DNA from: an uncultured Bacteroidota bacterium
GTDB taxonomy: Bacteria; Bacteroidota; Bacteroidia; Flavobacteriales; Flavobacteriaceae
Length of the DNA stretch: 64,000 nt
Assembly (NCBI GenBank): GCA_903913315.1
Contig: CAIWKX010000121.1
Span: 11,001-75,000 of the forward strand
Reading direction: 5' to 3'
The translations under genes and the position numbers were made by a program. The notes under the pieces were generated by a model. That model searched no databases. It worked only from the letters and a program-made list of their open reading frames with translations, and was not told the origin of the DNA. This document shows positions 38,752 through 48,585 of the stretch, one piece after another (positions within the stretch are counted from its first letter, which is position 1; the number at the start of each line of letters is the position of its first letter).

Positions 38752-39514
38752 AATTGCAAAGAATAACACCTTGGAAACTCAAAAAAAATTCGGATTACTA
38801 GGCAAAGACATTTCATATTCCTTTTCCAAAAAACACTTTACTGAAAAATTCTCACACGAGCTTTTCGAGGACTGTAGCTATGAGAATTTTGATATTCCTA
38901 CCATAGAAGAATTTCCAACTATTCTAAAAAACAACCCTGACTTAAAAGGACTAAATGTGACGATTCCCTACAAAGAAGCAATCCTACCCTATTTAGATAC
39001 CTTATCCCAAAAAGCGTTTAAAATAGGTGCCGTCAATGTAATACGATTTACTAAAAAAGGAAACTTAAAAGGCTACAACTCCGACTGGTATGGCTTTAAA
39101 AAAGCATTGGAACCTCTAGTACAACCGCACCACAAAAAAGCATTAATTCTAGGCACTGGAGGCGCAGCCAAAGCCGTTGCTTTTGCCTTAGAACAAATGG
39201 GAATATTCTATACCTATGTATCTCGAGAAGCCTCAGAAAATGCGATCGATTACAACCGAATCAATACCACTACATTTGACAATTACCACATTATTATCAA
39301 CTGTACACCTATAGGCACAAGCCCAAACATAAATGAATTTCCTCCTATTCCCTACCAGTTTTTCACAGAAAAACATATTGCTTTTGATTTAATCTACAAC
39401 CCAGATGAAACACAGTTCCTGAGAAAAGCAAAGAAAAAAGGAGCCATCATTAAAAACGGCTATGAAATGTTAGTTTTTCAAGCCGAAAAAGCGTGGAAAA
39501 TTTGGAATAAATAA
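38741..39514 (+). CDS. aroE: Shikimate dehydrogenase
   Basis: FGLLGKDISYSFS substrate motif and GTGGAAKAV NADP motif. The true start may be TTG 38771, because ATG 38741 lies inside the upstream terminator stem. Confidence 0.8.
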   Translation: MVFLIAKNNTLETQKKFGLLGKDISYSFSKKHFTEKFSHELFEDCSYENFDIPTIEEFPTILKNNPDLKGLNVTIPYKEAILPYLDTLSQKAFKIGAVNVIRFTKKGNLKGYNSDWYGFKKALEPLVQPHHKKALILGTGGAAKAVAFALEQMGIFYTYVSREASENAIDYNRINTTTFDNYHIIINCTPIGTSPNINEFPPIPYQFFTEKHIAFDLIYNPDETQFLRKAKKKGAIIKNGYEMLVFQAEKAWKIWNK

Positions 39515-39645
39515 AAATAATCTATTCCTCCTTTTCACTTTATCAAAAATTATATTTTTACAGAAGCAATTGAATTTCTTGGTTTTTTGACTACACTTTA
39601 GTACCTTTCGCCCTCAAAATTGTATAACCTTACACATTTAAAAAA

Positions 39646-41874
39646 ATGTCAGAAGAAATGAATGATAACCTACCAGTTAACGAAAACGCGGTAGACGGAA
39701 ACGTAAAAATGGATTCTAAAGAGATGCTTCATGCTGAAAATCAAGAAGTTGAAGCAAATACTAAAACAGTTAAACCTGTGGTAGAATTAGTGCCAGACAC
39801 TGAAGTGGAAGCACCATTAGTAGCGGAATTGGAACAAGAAAAAGTGCTAGAAGTTGAAGATTTAGTAGGAGAAGAAATTGAAGAATCTCATATTGAAACA
39901 ACCCCAGAAGAAATTGCTGAAACTAAAGAGCTTGTTGTGGAAGAAGTTCCAGAAACAGTGGAAGAAGAAATTATAGATGTACCAGTCGCAACTTCGAAAC
40001 TTGATAACAGCAACGAACACAAGAAAAAAGAAGAAAATATATCAATTGCAGAAGAAGAAAGCAACATCGCTGTCAATGCGATTGCCGATGCCAATGCGGA
40101 AGAAAGTGAAGACGAAACCATCAAAGGGCGTCATGATATCCCTTTACAAGATTATGAAGCCTTACCAATGGATAAATTGGTAGAGGAACTGGAAACACTT
40201 GTAGCTGTGGAACAAGTAATGTCGGTAAGAGAACATGTAGAAGAAATTAAAAAAGCATTTTTATCTAAATATTATCACTTTATTGATGAGAAAAAAGATG
40301 AATTTCATGCTGAAAACCCAGATACTACAGAAGACTTTCATTATAGTTTTCCTTTAAAAACTAAATTCGATACACTATACAACCAATATAGAGATAAAAA
40401 AAATACGCACTTTAAGTCGATACAAAACAACCTAAAAGCGAATTTAGAAAACAGAATGGCCATTGTCGAAGAATTGAAAAATTTGGTACACAATCCAGGT
40501 GCTAATATTGCTAATTCTTTAAAGCAACTAAATGACATTAGAGAACGTTGGAAAGTAGCAGGTCCTATTCCAAAAGACAAATACAACCACGTTTGGAATA
40601 ACTTCCATTTTCATATTGAAAACTTCTATGACTTTTTACATTTAGACAGAGAAGCACGAGATATTGAATTTAAAAACAACCTAGAGCATAAACAACGCAT
40701 TATTGCACGCGTTTCTGAATTGGTGAACGAAGCAGATATCAATAAAGCATTCCGTGAATTACAAGATTTACATAAAATCTGGAAAGAAGATATCGGTCCC
40801 GTTTCAAGAGAACACCGTGAGGAACTTTGGAAACAATTCAGTGAATTGACCAAACAAATGCACGACAAACGCGAAGCTTTTTATGAAGGTTTTAGAGCAA
40901 AGGAAACCGATAATCTTGAAAAGAAAAATGGAATTATTGCACAACTCCAAGTGTTAGCAAAAGAGAAAGTAGATTCGCACCAAGCTTGGCTAAACCAAAT
41001 TGTAAAGGTAGAAGCCTTACGCAATGAATTCTTTGCTACTGGAAAAGTGCCGAGTGAAGTAAATGAATCGACTTGGGCAACTTTTAAAGAAGCGGTTAGA
41101 AACTTTAACGTATTAAAAAACTCTTTCTATAAAGAAATTAAGAAAGATCAAAACGATAATTTAAGTAAAAAACAAGCCTTAGTTGACAAAGCAAATGAGT
41201 TAAAAGACAGCGAAGATTTTGCAGCAACAACGCAATTGATGAAACAAATTCAAGAAGAGTGGAAAGCAGTAGGTCACGTACCTAGAAAATTTTCTGACGC
41301 TCTTTGGAAAGAATTTAAAGCAGCTTGCAATCATTATTTTGAAAGACTAAAAGAAAGTAAATCAGAAGAAAATGCTGACGAAGTAGCAGCCTTTGAAAAG
41401 AAAAAAGAATACTTAGAAACATTGCGCTCTTTTGAATTAGTTGGCGATCACAAAACCGATTTAGACGCCATCAAAGTGCATATCGAAGCATGGAAATCTA
41501 TCGGTAAAGTACCTTTCAATAGAAGGCATATTGAAGGAAAATTCAATAAAATTTTGGATGCCTTATTTGAAAAATTAAGCTCCAGCAAAAAAGAAAACGA
41601 ACAATTGCGCTTCGCTAACCGACTGGACAATATCGCTGGATCAGAAGACAGTAGAAAATTAGACAACGAGAAAATTTTCATCATGCGTAAAATCGATGAA
41701 GTGCAAAATGAAATTTTCCAATTAGAAAATAATATCCAATTCTTCCAAAATACTAAAAACGCTAAAAAGGAAAATTCAATTGTAACAGAAGTCAGAAAAA
41801 CGATTGAAAGACATAAAGAAGATTTAGTGAGCTGGAAAGACAAATTAAAACAGATCCGAAATCTGAACAAATAA
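39646..41874 (+). CDS. DUF349 domain-containing protein
   Basis: Acidic N-terminal third, then repeated ~75-aa units with W..G.(V/I)P....W..F signatures (RERWKVAGPIPKDKYNHVWNNF, EEWKAVGHVPRKFSDALWKEF, and others). Confidence 0.8.
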   Translation: MSEEMNDNLPVNENAVDGNVKMDSKEMLHAENQEVEANTKTVKPVVELVPDTEVEAPLVAELEQEKVLEVEDLVGEEIEESHIETTPEEIAETKELVVEEVPETVEEEIIDVPVATSKLDNSNEHKKKEENISIAEEESNIAVNAIADANAEESEDETIKGRHDIPLQDYEALPMDKLVEELETLVAVEQVMSVREHVEEIKKAFLSKYYHFIDEKKDEFHAENPDTTEDFHYSFPLKTKFDTLYNQYRDKKNTHFKSIQNNLKANLENRMAIVEELKNLVHNPGANIANSLKQLNDIRERWKVAGPIPKDKYNHVWNNFHFHIENFYDFLHLDREARDIEFKNNLEHKQRIIARVSELVNEADINKAFRELQDLHKIWKEDIGPVSREHREELWKQFSELTKQMHDKREAFYEGFRAKETDNLEKKNGIIAQLQVLAKEKVDSHQAWLNQIVKVEALRNEFFATGKVPSEVNESTWATFKEAVRNFNVLKNSFYKEIKKDQNDNLSKKQALVDKANELKDSEDFAATTQLMKQIQEEWKAVGHVPRKFSDALWKEFKAACNHYFERLKESKSEENADEVAAFEKKKEYLETLRSFELVGDHKTDLDAIKVHIEAWKSIGKVPFNRRHIEGKFNKILDALFEKLSSSKKENEQLRFANRLDNIAGSEDSRKLDNEKIFIMRKIDEVQNEIFQLENNIQFFQNTKNAKKENSIVTEVRKTIERHKEDLVSWKDKLKQIRNLNK

Positions 41875-41881
41875 AAAGATA

Positions 41882-41911
41882 AAAAGCTCACTGTGAAAAG
41901 TGAGCTTTTTT
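41882..41911 (+). terminator. Rho-independent terminator
   Basis: AAAAGCTCAC / GTGAGCTTTT stem followed by a T-run. Confidence 0.75.
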
Positions 41912-41980
41912 CTTGCATGATATTTATCATTTTTTATTTATCCGACTCACCTTACTTTTGGAACTTAAAGCAAATACACA

Positions 41981-43345
41981 ATGTCTGTTTCATTAATTCA
42001 AAAATATAATGTTCCTGGTCCTAGATATACCAGCTACCCTACAGTTCCTTATTGGGAAGAAGATTTGTTTTCAGTTGAAAAATGGAAACAGACTTTCCTG
42101 AAATCATTTGAAGAAAGCAATTTCACGGAAGGAATTAGCTTATACATTCACTTGCCTTTTTGCGAAAGCATGTGTACTTTTTGTGGTTGTAACAAAAGAA
42201 TTACTAAAAATCATGAGGTGGAACACCCTTACATCGCAGCTGTTTTAAAAGAATGGAATATGTATTGCGATTTGTTTCCAAACAAACCTATCATCAAAGA
42301 AATTCATTTAGGTGGAGGAACACCTACCTTTTTCTCTCCCACAAATTTAGAAACGCTTATTAATGGACTATTAGAACGAGCAGTAAAAGCCAAAGAATAT
42401 GAATTTAGTTTTGAAGGACATCCAAACAATACCACTAGAGCGCATTTACAAAAATTGTATGATATAGGGTTCAGACGCGTCAGCTTTGGAGTGCAAGACT
42501 ATTCTGAAAAAGTACAAACAGCCATTCATAGAATCCAACCTTTCCATAATGTCGCCAAAGTGACCTTCTGGGCCAAAGAAATTGGATATACTTCGATCGG
42601 GCACGACTTAATATTCGGATTGCCATTCCAAAGCTTAGACGATGTAATTGACACTATCGACAAAACAAAATCACTACTTCCTGATCGCTTAGCTTTTTAT
42701 AGCTACGCACACGTGCCTTGGATAAAAGGTAACGGACAACGCGGATTTAAAGGAGAAGACGTACCAAAAGATGATGCCAAAAGAAAACTATACGAAGAAG
42801 GTAAAAAACGATTAGCCGCCAACAATTACCACGAAATCGGAATGGACCATTTTGCACTTGAAACCGATTCCATGTTTGAATCATTCCAAGAAGGAAAATT
42901 ACACCGTAACTTTATGGGTTACACCTCTTCTAAAACACAATTGATGATTGGCTTAGGCGTTTCCTCCATAAGCGATAGCTGGTATAGTTTTGCACAAAAT
43001 GAAAAAACAATAGAAGACTATTATAAAAAATTAGAGCAAAACGAATTGCCAGTCTTTAGAGGACATATTTTAACAGAAGAAGATTTAATCATCCGCAAAC
43101 ACATTCTAAATTTAATGTGCCAATTTGAAACCTCATGGGGCGAGGATAATCAATTCTTTACAGAATTACCCGATATTATCCACCAATTACACGAAATGGA
43201 AGTGGATGGTCTGATCACAATAACAGATAAATCCATAAAAGTGACTGAAAAAGGAAAACCTTTCGTAAGAAACCTATGCATGGCTTTCGACCTGCGTTTA
43301 AAACGAAATGCACCACAAACAGAACTGTTTTCAATGACAGTATAA
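41981..43345 (+). CDS. hemN: Oxygen-independent coproporphyrinogen III oxidase (radical SAM)
   Basis: CESMCTFCGC radical-SAM cluster motif. 454 aa with HemN-type N- and C-terminal regions. Confidence 0.9.
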   Translation: MSVSLIQKYNVPGPRYTSYPTVPYWEEDLFSVEKWKQTFLKSFEESNFTEGISLYIHLPFCESMCTFCGCNKRITKNHEVEHPYIAAVLKEWNMYCDLFPNKPIIKEIHLGGGTPTFFSPTNLETLINGLLERAVKAKEYEFSFEGHPNNTTRAHLQKLYDIGFRRVSFGVQDYSEKVQTAIHRIQPFHNVAKVTFWAKEIGYTSIGHDLIFGLPFQSLDDVIDTIDKTKSLLPDRLAFYSYAHVPWIKGNGQRGFKGEDVPKDDAKRKLYEEGKKRLAANNYHEIGMDHFALETDSMFESFQEGKLHRNFMGYTSSKTQLMIGLGVSSISDSWYSFAQNEKTIEDYYKKLEQNELPVFRGHILTEEDLIIRKHILNLMCQFETSWGEDNQFFTELPDIIHQLHEMEVDGLITITDKSIKVTEKGKPFVRNLCMAFDLRLKRNAPQTELFSMTV

Positions 43346-43374
43346 ACAACTCAATCAACCTAACCCCTTTTTTG

Positions 43375-43408
43375 AATTCCAACTATTTTCATAGTTGGAA
43401 TTTTTTTT
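43375..43408 (+). terminator. Rho-independent terminator of hemN
   Basis: AATTCCAACTAT / ATAGTTGGAATT 12-bp arms, a 4-nt loop and a T-run. Confidence 0.8.
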
Positions 43409-43456
43409 GAATAGGTAAAAGTGGTATTTGTCGTGAGGAATTTAACATAGAATAAA

Positions 43457-44026
43457 TTACAACAAAATTCTTTCTATTAGCCAATACAAAGCGACACATC
43501 CGATAAGGGAGGATATTGGATAAACAACACGCTCTTTGTACCAGCTTTTAGCTGCAAACCATTTGCTTACTAAATAGTAGGCAAAAAAAACAACCATGAT
43601 CTGCCCTAGTTCGACGCCAATATTAAAAGAAAACAAACAGCTAAAGAATAGTTTTTTAGGAATTCCTATTTCTTGTAAAGCTGAGGCGAAACCCATCCCA
43701 TGAATCAAACCAAAGACAAAAATGATTATTAAACGAAAAGGATTAACACTATTTCGCACTATGTTTTCAATAGCAGTATAAAGGATAGAAATAGCAATTA
43801 GTGGCTCGATGTAATTAGAATTTGGCAAAATCAAGCTCGATGCAGCTAATCCTAAGGATAAACTGTGTGCTATTGTAAAAACAGAGCATTGAATAATAAC
43901 TGATTTTAGTTCTGAATTTATAAAGAATAAAGTCAATATAAACAAAATATGATCAAATCCAAGTGGAATGACATGGGTAAACCCTAATTGAATATAGTGA
44001 CCAATGTTTTCTAAATAACCCATCAA
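43457..44026 (-). CDS. HupE/UreJ-family membrane protein (putative Ni/Co permease)
   Basis: 189 aa with six hydrophobic segments and the N-terminal motif GFTHVIPLGFDHILFIL. Its ATG directly abuts the stop of the upstream gene. Confidence 0.75.
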   Translation of the reverse strand: MMGYLENIGHYIQLGFTHVIPLGFDHILFILTLFFINSELKSVIIQCSVFTIAHSLSLGLAASSLILPNSNYIEPLIAISILYTAIENIVRNSVNPFRLIIIFVFGLIHGMGFASALQEIGIPKKLFFSCLFSFNIGVELGQIMVVFFAYYLVSKWFAAKSWYKERVVYPISSLIGCVALYWLIERILL

Positions 44027-45208
44027 TTATTGTTTGACAAACTTAAAAACTGTTGATGTCCCTGAAATTTTTAAGAAATAAACTCCGTTTGGTAATGCTG
44101 AAAAATCTTGTTTATCCAAATATCTACCTATATAGATTTGTTTTCCTTCTTCATCATAAAATTCATATACTTCAGAGCCTTTTGAATTTGCAATATTTAA
44201 TTTTGATTGAAACGGATTGGGAGATACTTTTATTCTATTCGTTTCATTGACCACCTCTTGATTTGCAAGGCTATTGGGAATGCCTCGGACACAAATAACA
44301 TAGTTAGTATTCGTTTTGATGTCATAAGTTGTAATTCCAAATTGGGTATTCCAATACCAAGCACTAGTTAGATTGCTGGGATTGGGTAATAAAGTTGTAG
44401 AGGACCAATAATTTTTGACTCCAATAGCACTCAAGTATGCTGTGTTAACAGACGGATTTACAACGCTTTCATCATTTAAAGATTGTAATTCTTTAATATT
44501 AGGTAAACGCCAATCTGACACTCCTGCTAAGGTCAACCCTTCAGCATAACTAAGAGCTTGTTCCCATGTAAGCGGTGTAAGAGTGGGTACTTTTTGCCAG
44601 ACTAATTGGGTGAGATTGTCAGAAATAGTTCCATCACCATTATCGGTATAATGATTAGCTAAAATAATTGGAACATTGACATCCCTAACCGCTCTCACAT
44701 GATAACTTTTATTCCCGCCAGCACTAAGGGTTTCCGATTTTGGTTTGTTACCTATACCGCCACCTGCATTAGTGCACCATACTTTTGTATTATCATTAAC
44801 TTGAAAAGTATTCGTCCACCAATAATCCGCTCCGCTCGAAGGAAAATAAGTAGTATTCAGAGCCGGATTGTTTCGTTGTAAGTTTAAAATACTAAAAGAT
44901 TCCAATGGAGTTGGCAATCGCCAATCAGAATAACCTCCAAGCGTCAATGTACTACAATAAGTAGAAGCATTTTCAATAGTCATTTCGCCACCATCAACTT
45001 GTTGCCACATTAACCCAGTGACCATATCCGTAATGGTGCCATTTCCATTATCAGTAAAGGAGGGTATATTGATCGAATAATCATTATCTTCTCCAACAGT
45101 TGCAGTATAACTCGTCGTTTGCCCCGTATCAGGTAACAATCGGATAGATTTAGTGACACTTTGCCCAAATGCAATGGATGTAATAAATAGTAATAAAAAA
45201 TTTCTCAT
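44027..45208 (-). CDS. Secreted protein with two DUF1566 (Lcl C-terminal-like) domains and a T9SS sorting domain
   Basis: Repeated GYSDWRLPT / GVSDWRLPNIKEL signatures. C-terminal VSPNPFQSKLNI...GVYFLKI tail. Confidence 0.7.
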   Translation of the reverse strand: MRNFLLLFITSIAFGQSVTKSIRLLPDTGQTTSYTATVGEDNDYSINIPSFTDNGNGTITDMVTGLMWQQVDGGEMTIENASTYCSTLTLGGYSDWRLPTPLESFSILNLQRNNPALNTTYFPSSGADYWWTNTFQVNDNTKVWCTNAGGGIGNKPKSETLSAGGNKSYHVRAVRDVNVPIILANHYTDNGDGTISDNLTQLVWQKVPTLTPLTWEQALSYAEGLTLAGVSDWRLPNIKELQSLNDESVVNPSVNTAYLSAIGVKNYWSSTTLLPNPSNLTSAWYWNTQFGITTYDIKTNTNYVICVRGIPNSLANQEVVNETNRIKVSPNPFQSKLNIANSKGSEVYEFYDEEGKQIYIGRYLDKQDFSALPNGVYFLKISGTSTVFKFVKQ

Positions 45209-45216
45209 ACAATTAG

Positions 45217-46824
45217 TTATTCAACCATTAGTTTTTTGGTCACCTCCACGTTATTTGTAAATTGAATTTTTACAAAATAGGTCCCTGAAGCAAGATTTTT
45301 AATATCAATTGGAGATTTAAAAGATTCTGTTTTAGAAATTAAAATCCCTTTAATACTGAAGAGGCTAATATCTTGCACATCATTTTCCAATAGGTCTTTT
45401 CCTAAATGAATTTGCAACGAATCTTTTGCAGGATTTGGATAGACTTGCACCTCGGAATCCAACAAAAAAACAGCAGTAGACAAAGGCACAGTACATTGCG
45501 AAAAACCATTATAATTAGTAGTTGTTGTGCCACTTGGGGTAACATAATTGAAAGTATATGTGGTACCACTCCAACTAAAATTAGTAGCATAACCAGGGGT
45601 CCCATTTAATGAATAAGATACATTATAACCATTAGCATTGGAATTTGGCACACATGAAGTTATCAAAGCACCACTCAAAGGGGTCCAATTTTCAGTGCGT
45701 ACCGGATGGGCAGAAGCTTGAGGAATCAATTGATAAGTAGCATCTTCAGTAACTTGTCCAACAAAATTTCCAATCATATAAGGGGCGATAGCAGTACCAT
45801 GATAGTGATAAACACCATTCGTTCCATAATGACCATGATTAGCATCCAAAGCAAGCATTGGACTTCCATCAGGTTCAACACTTCCATAAACAGCATACCC
45901 ATCCAATCCAAAAGCACAAGGTAAATCGGTGGTAGTCTGACCTAAAGTATACAAATGCAGTGGAGCAATATGATAATGATAATCGTCTCCTCGTCCACAA
46001 TGACCTCCATAATTATCCAATTGCCCATCTAAATACGAGTCAACACCTGTATTCGTGTGATAATTAAAAATAGGCACTCCATTAGCAGCAATAGCGATTG
46101 CGCCACGTGTGAAGTGTACATTATCAATCACTATTGGAGTGGCTGCAACCACAGGATTCAATGGAATACTCCAATGATTTGTTCCTATATAACATTGCGG
46201 ATTTGGCACTTGTTGCTGCCAACCATGATTGGAAATACCAACCATCATCGTGTGATTAGGAATTCCTTTACTTTCTACATAAAAATAAGTAGCATCCCAA
46301 GAGGTATGTACATTAGGTACAAATGGAGTGAAAGCCGAATTAACAAAAGTAGGATCGGTTATTGTCACTATTTTTTTTCCAAAACTAAAAAGCGTTACCG
46401 AAAGACCTACAATTACAATTGGAATAACATATTTTCTTTTTCTTTTATCTGTTGCTTTGAATAAAAAATAAGCAAAACCAATTAGAAATAGTACAATCAT
46501 TATGATTTTCCCATAAAATTTATTTGGAATTTCATTTGAAGTTTTCGCTATACTATTGGTATTAATAGCTTTAATTTTTATTTCTTTTTGTGCTACATAA
46601 TCTTGATCTGCTTTTGAAAGTGCGTCCCAAGGGTAGCTTTTCAATACATTTTGTCCATCTTCAATATATACTTTACCCTCTTTAACCATAGAGAATGAAC
46701 CATCTACAAACAGATGTTCTTTTTGAATATTCCAATGTCTTAAAACCTGATTTTGATAGTTTATAGTATGTGCTGAAGCAGCTAAACTAATCATGTAAAA
46801 AATGACTACAATTGCTTTTTTCAT
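45217..46824 (-). CDS. YHYH-domain protein with N-terminal SHD1-like module, two internal hydrophobic helices and a T9SS sorting domain
   Basis: GGHCGRGDDYHYHIAP, GLDGYAVYG and GVYHYHG motifs. C-terminal VYPNPAKDSLQI...GTYFVKI tail. Confidence 0.7.
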   Translation of the reverse strand: MKKAIVVIFYMISLAASAHTINYQNQVLRHWNIQKEHLFVDGSFSMVKEGKVYIEDGQNVLKSYPWDALSKADQDYVAQKEIKIKAINTNSIAKTSNEIPNKFYGKIIMIVLFLIGFAYFLFKATDKRKRKYVIPIVIVGLSVTLFSFGKKIVTITDPTFVNSAFTPFVPNVHTSWDATYFYVESKGIPNHTMMVGISNHGWQQQVPNPQCYIGTNHWSIPLNPVVAATPIVIDNVHFTRGAIAIAANGVPIFNYHTNTGVDSYLDGQLDNYGGHCGRGDDYHYHIAPLHLYTLGQTTTDLPCAFGLDGYAVYGSVEPDGSPMLALDANHGHYGTNGVYHYHGTAIAPYMIGNFVGQVTEDATYQLIPQASAHPVRTENWTPLSGALITSCVPNSNANGYNVSYSLNGTPGYATNFSWSGTTYTFNYVTPSGTTTTNYNGFSQCTVPLSTAVFLLDSEVQVYPNPAKDSLQIHLGKDLLENDVQDISLFSIKGILISKTESFKSPIDIKNLASGTYFVKIQFTNNVEVTKKLMVE

Positions 46825-46842
46825 GATTTTTAATGTATTAAG

Positions 46843-48579
46843 TTATTTTTTTACTACTATTTTCCCAGTACCAATAGCCCCATTTTCTCCAATTATTTTG
46901 TAAATATAAGTACCATTTGATACATCCTCTCCTGAATTACCCTTTCCATCCCAAATTACTTGAAATTTTCCTTCATTAACATAAGTATCAGTAACTAATT
47001 TTTTGACTAACTGACCTAATTCATTATAAATAAAAATAGAAATAGAAGCTCCAGTAAGCAAAGAAAATTCAATTTTTGAAGCAGTAGTGAGTGGATTAGG
47101 ATATACTATTTCATCCGCATAATTGGCATTCCAAATCACAGGTGAATTGGCACTTAAAGTATAACAATTAGATAAACCTATAGTATAAGTAGCCGATACA
47201 TCTTTGTTATGACGAGTTCCATTCTCATTAGCAGGAAGATAGGCTCTTACGTAATCAACTTGTATTTGCGTCGCACTAACGGTTACCCTTAAATGTCCTG
47301 AATTAGCAAGAATTTGCCCTGCTAAATAGCCATAAGTGGCAGCTTGTGATGGATAATTAAAGTTAGGCAAACTTGGTTGTGGAGTTTCTTGATACACTAA
47401 ACAATCTTTGTCTTGTTTGTCAAAGAAATGATCATGACCATGAAAGAAAATAGTGACCTGATTTTCAGTTAATAAATCCTTTATTGGTTTATACCATCCA
47501 GGTCTATTGGTTGCAAATCCAGAAGTAGTTCCATCAGAATTCATACCGCCCCATTCATATTTATCGGCATATTCGATACCTCCTCTACCTTCTGCATCGC
47601 CTCCTATTATTTGATGGGAAAAAATAAACTTGAACTTTGCAGAACTACTCTCCAATGTAGTTCTTAGCCAATTGTATTGAGTTAAGCCCAGTGACCAATT
47701 CCAACCTGTATTTGCATTTGGTTTAGGATTGGTATACCAAAAGGGGTCAATGACAACAAATAAAGCATCTCCCCATGTCCAAGAATAGTAAGCTTTTCGC
47801 TGTCCAGAAGTATTATTCGTACCAATAAAGTTTTGAATTGTTGAATCTCCAGAATAAAAATTATCCGGTCCAGGGTTTAAAAAATATTTTTGCCTTTCTT
47901 GTGTATCCCATACAGCAACATTATTGGCAGTACCATCCAAATACCAACCTGCTTCACCTTCATGATTCCCTAAAGCGATATACAAAGGAACAGAATGACA
48001 AACAGTTTCATAATAAGAACGTAATAAATTACAGCGATAGGGAATAGTATCGTGCGGAACGGTATTGGAAGTTAAATTAATCAATTTATCTGTCATTAAA
48101 AAATCGCCTAAATCAATCATAAAATCGGGATTGTCTTCTAACTGATTTTGCAAACAACGTTGATATAAGGCAGTATCCGATGAAGCATCAAGATGAGGAT
48201 CCGCTTGAACAACAAAAGTATATCCACTCCCAATTTGTCGTTGCGTATGAAAAGTATGCTCCGTACGTGTTGTAAAATTAGTATCTCCAGGATTTCTATA
48301 CAAGACAACATAATAATATTTAGTATCGGGTTGCAATCCACTAATTACAATTTCTGCAGGGTCATTGGCAGCAAAAGATTGCCAACTCGTTTGTCCTATA
48401 TAATTAGCGCTTGCCGTTCCAAATTGAACAGCAACCTCTGCTGGAGTAGAAAAAAACATTTTAAGCGTAATGCTCGTATCTGTTGGTTTTCCTAAAATTT
48501 CTTGACGACTTATAGTTTGTGAATGAATACTACAATTAACTATTAGTAGAAATACTACGGTACATAAATATTTTCTCAT
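46843..48579 (-). CDS. Secreted calcineurin-like metallophosphoesterase (purple-acid-phosphatase-like N-terminal domain) with T9SS sorting domain
   Basis: Motifs VQADPHLD, DLGDF, LGNHEGE, FSHQ and FHGHDH. C-terminal VYPNPLTTASKI...GTYIYKI tail. Confidence 0.75.
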   Translation of the reverse strand: MRKYLCTVVFLLIVNCSIHSQTISRQEILGKPTDTSITLKMFFSTPAEVAVQFGTASANYIGQTSWQSFAANDPAEIVISGLQPDTKYYYVVLYRNPGDTNFTTRTEHTFHTQRQIGSGYTFVVQADPHLDASSDTALYQRCLQNQLEDNPDFMIDLGDFLMTDKLINLTSNTVPHDTIPYRCNLLRSYYETVCHSVPLYIALGNHEGEAGWYLDGTANNVAVWDTQERQKYFLNPGPDNFYSGDSTIQNFIGTNNTSGQRKAYYSWTWGDALFVVIDPFWYTNPKPNANTGWNWSLGLTQYNWLRTTLESSSAKFKFIFSHQIIGGDAEGRGGIEYADKYEWGGMNSDGTTSGFATNRPGWYKPIKDLLTENQVTIFFHGHDHFFDKQDKDCLVYQETPQPSLPNFNYPSQAATYGYLAGQILANSGHLRVTVSATQIQVDYVRAYLPANENGTRHNKDVSATYTIGLSNCYTLSANSPVIWNANYADEIVYPNPLTTASKIEFSLLTGASISIFIYNELGQLVKKLVTDTYVNEGKFQVIWDGKGNSGEDVSNGTYIYKIIGENGAIGTGKIVVKK

Positions 48580-48585
48580 TTTCTA

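Noticed and set aside
41448-41930. 160-aa minus-strand ORF at the end of the DUF349 gene
   Set aside because: It is antisense to a well-supported gene and runs across that gene's terminator. The Ser/Leu/Phe-rich translation is a typical shadow ORF.
46057-46464. 135-aa plus-strand ORF opposite the YHYH gene
   Set aside because: It is antisense to a gene with clear domain motifs and a T9SS tail, and its translation is low complexity with no start context.
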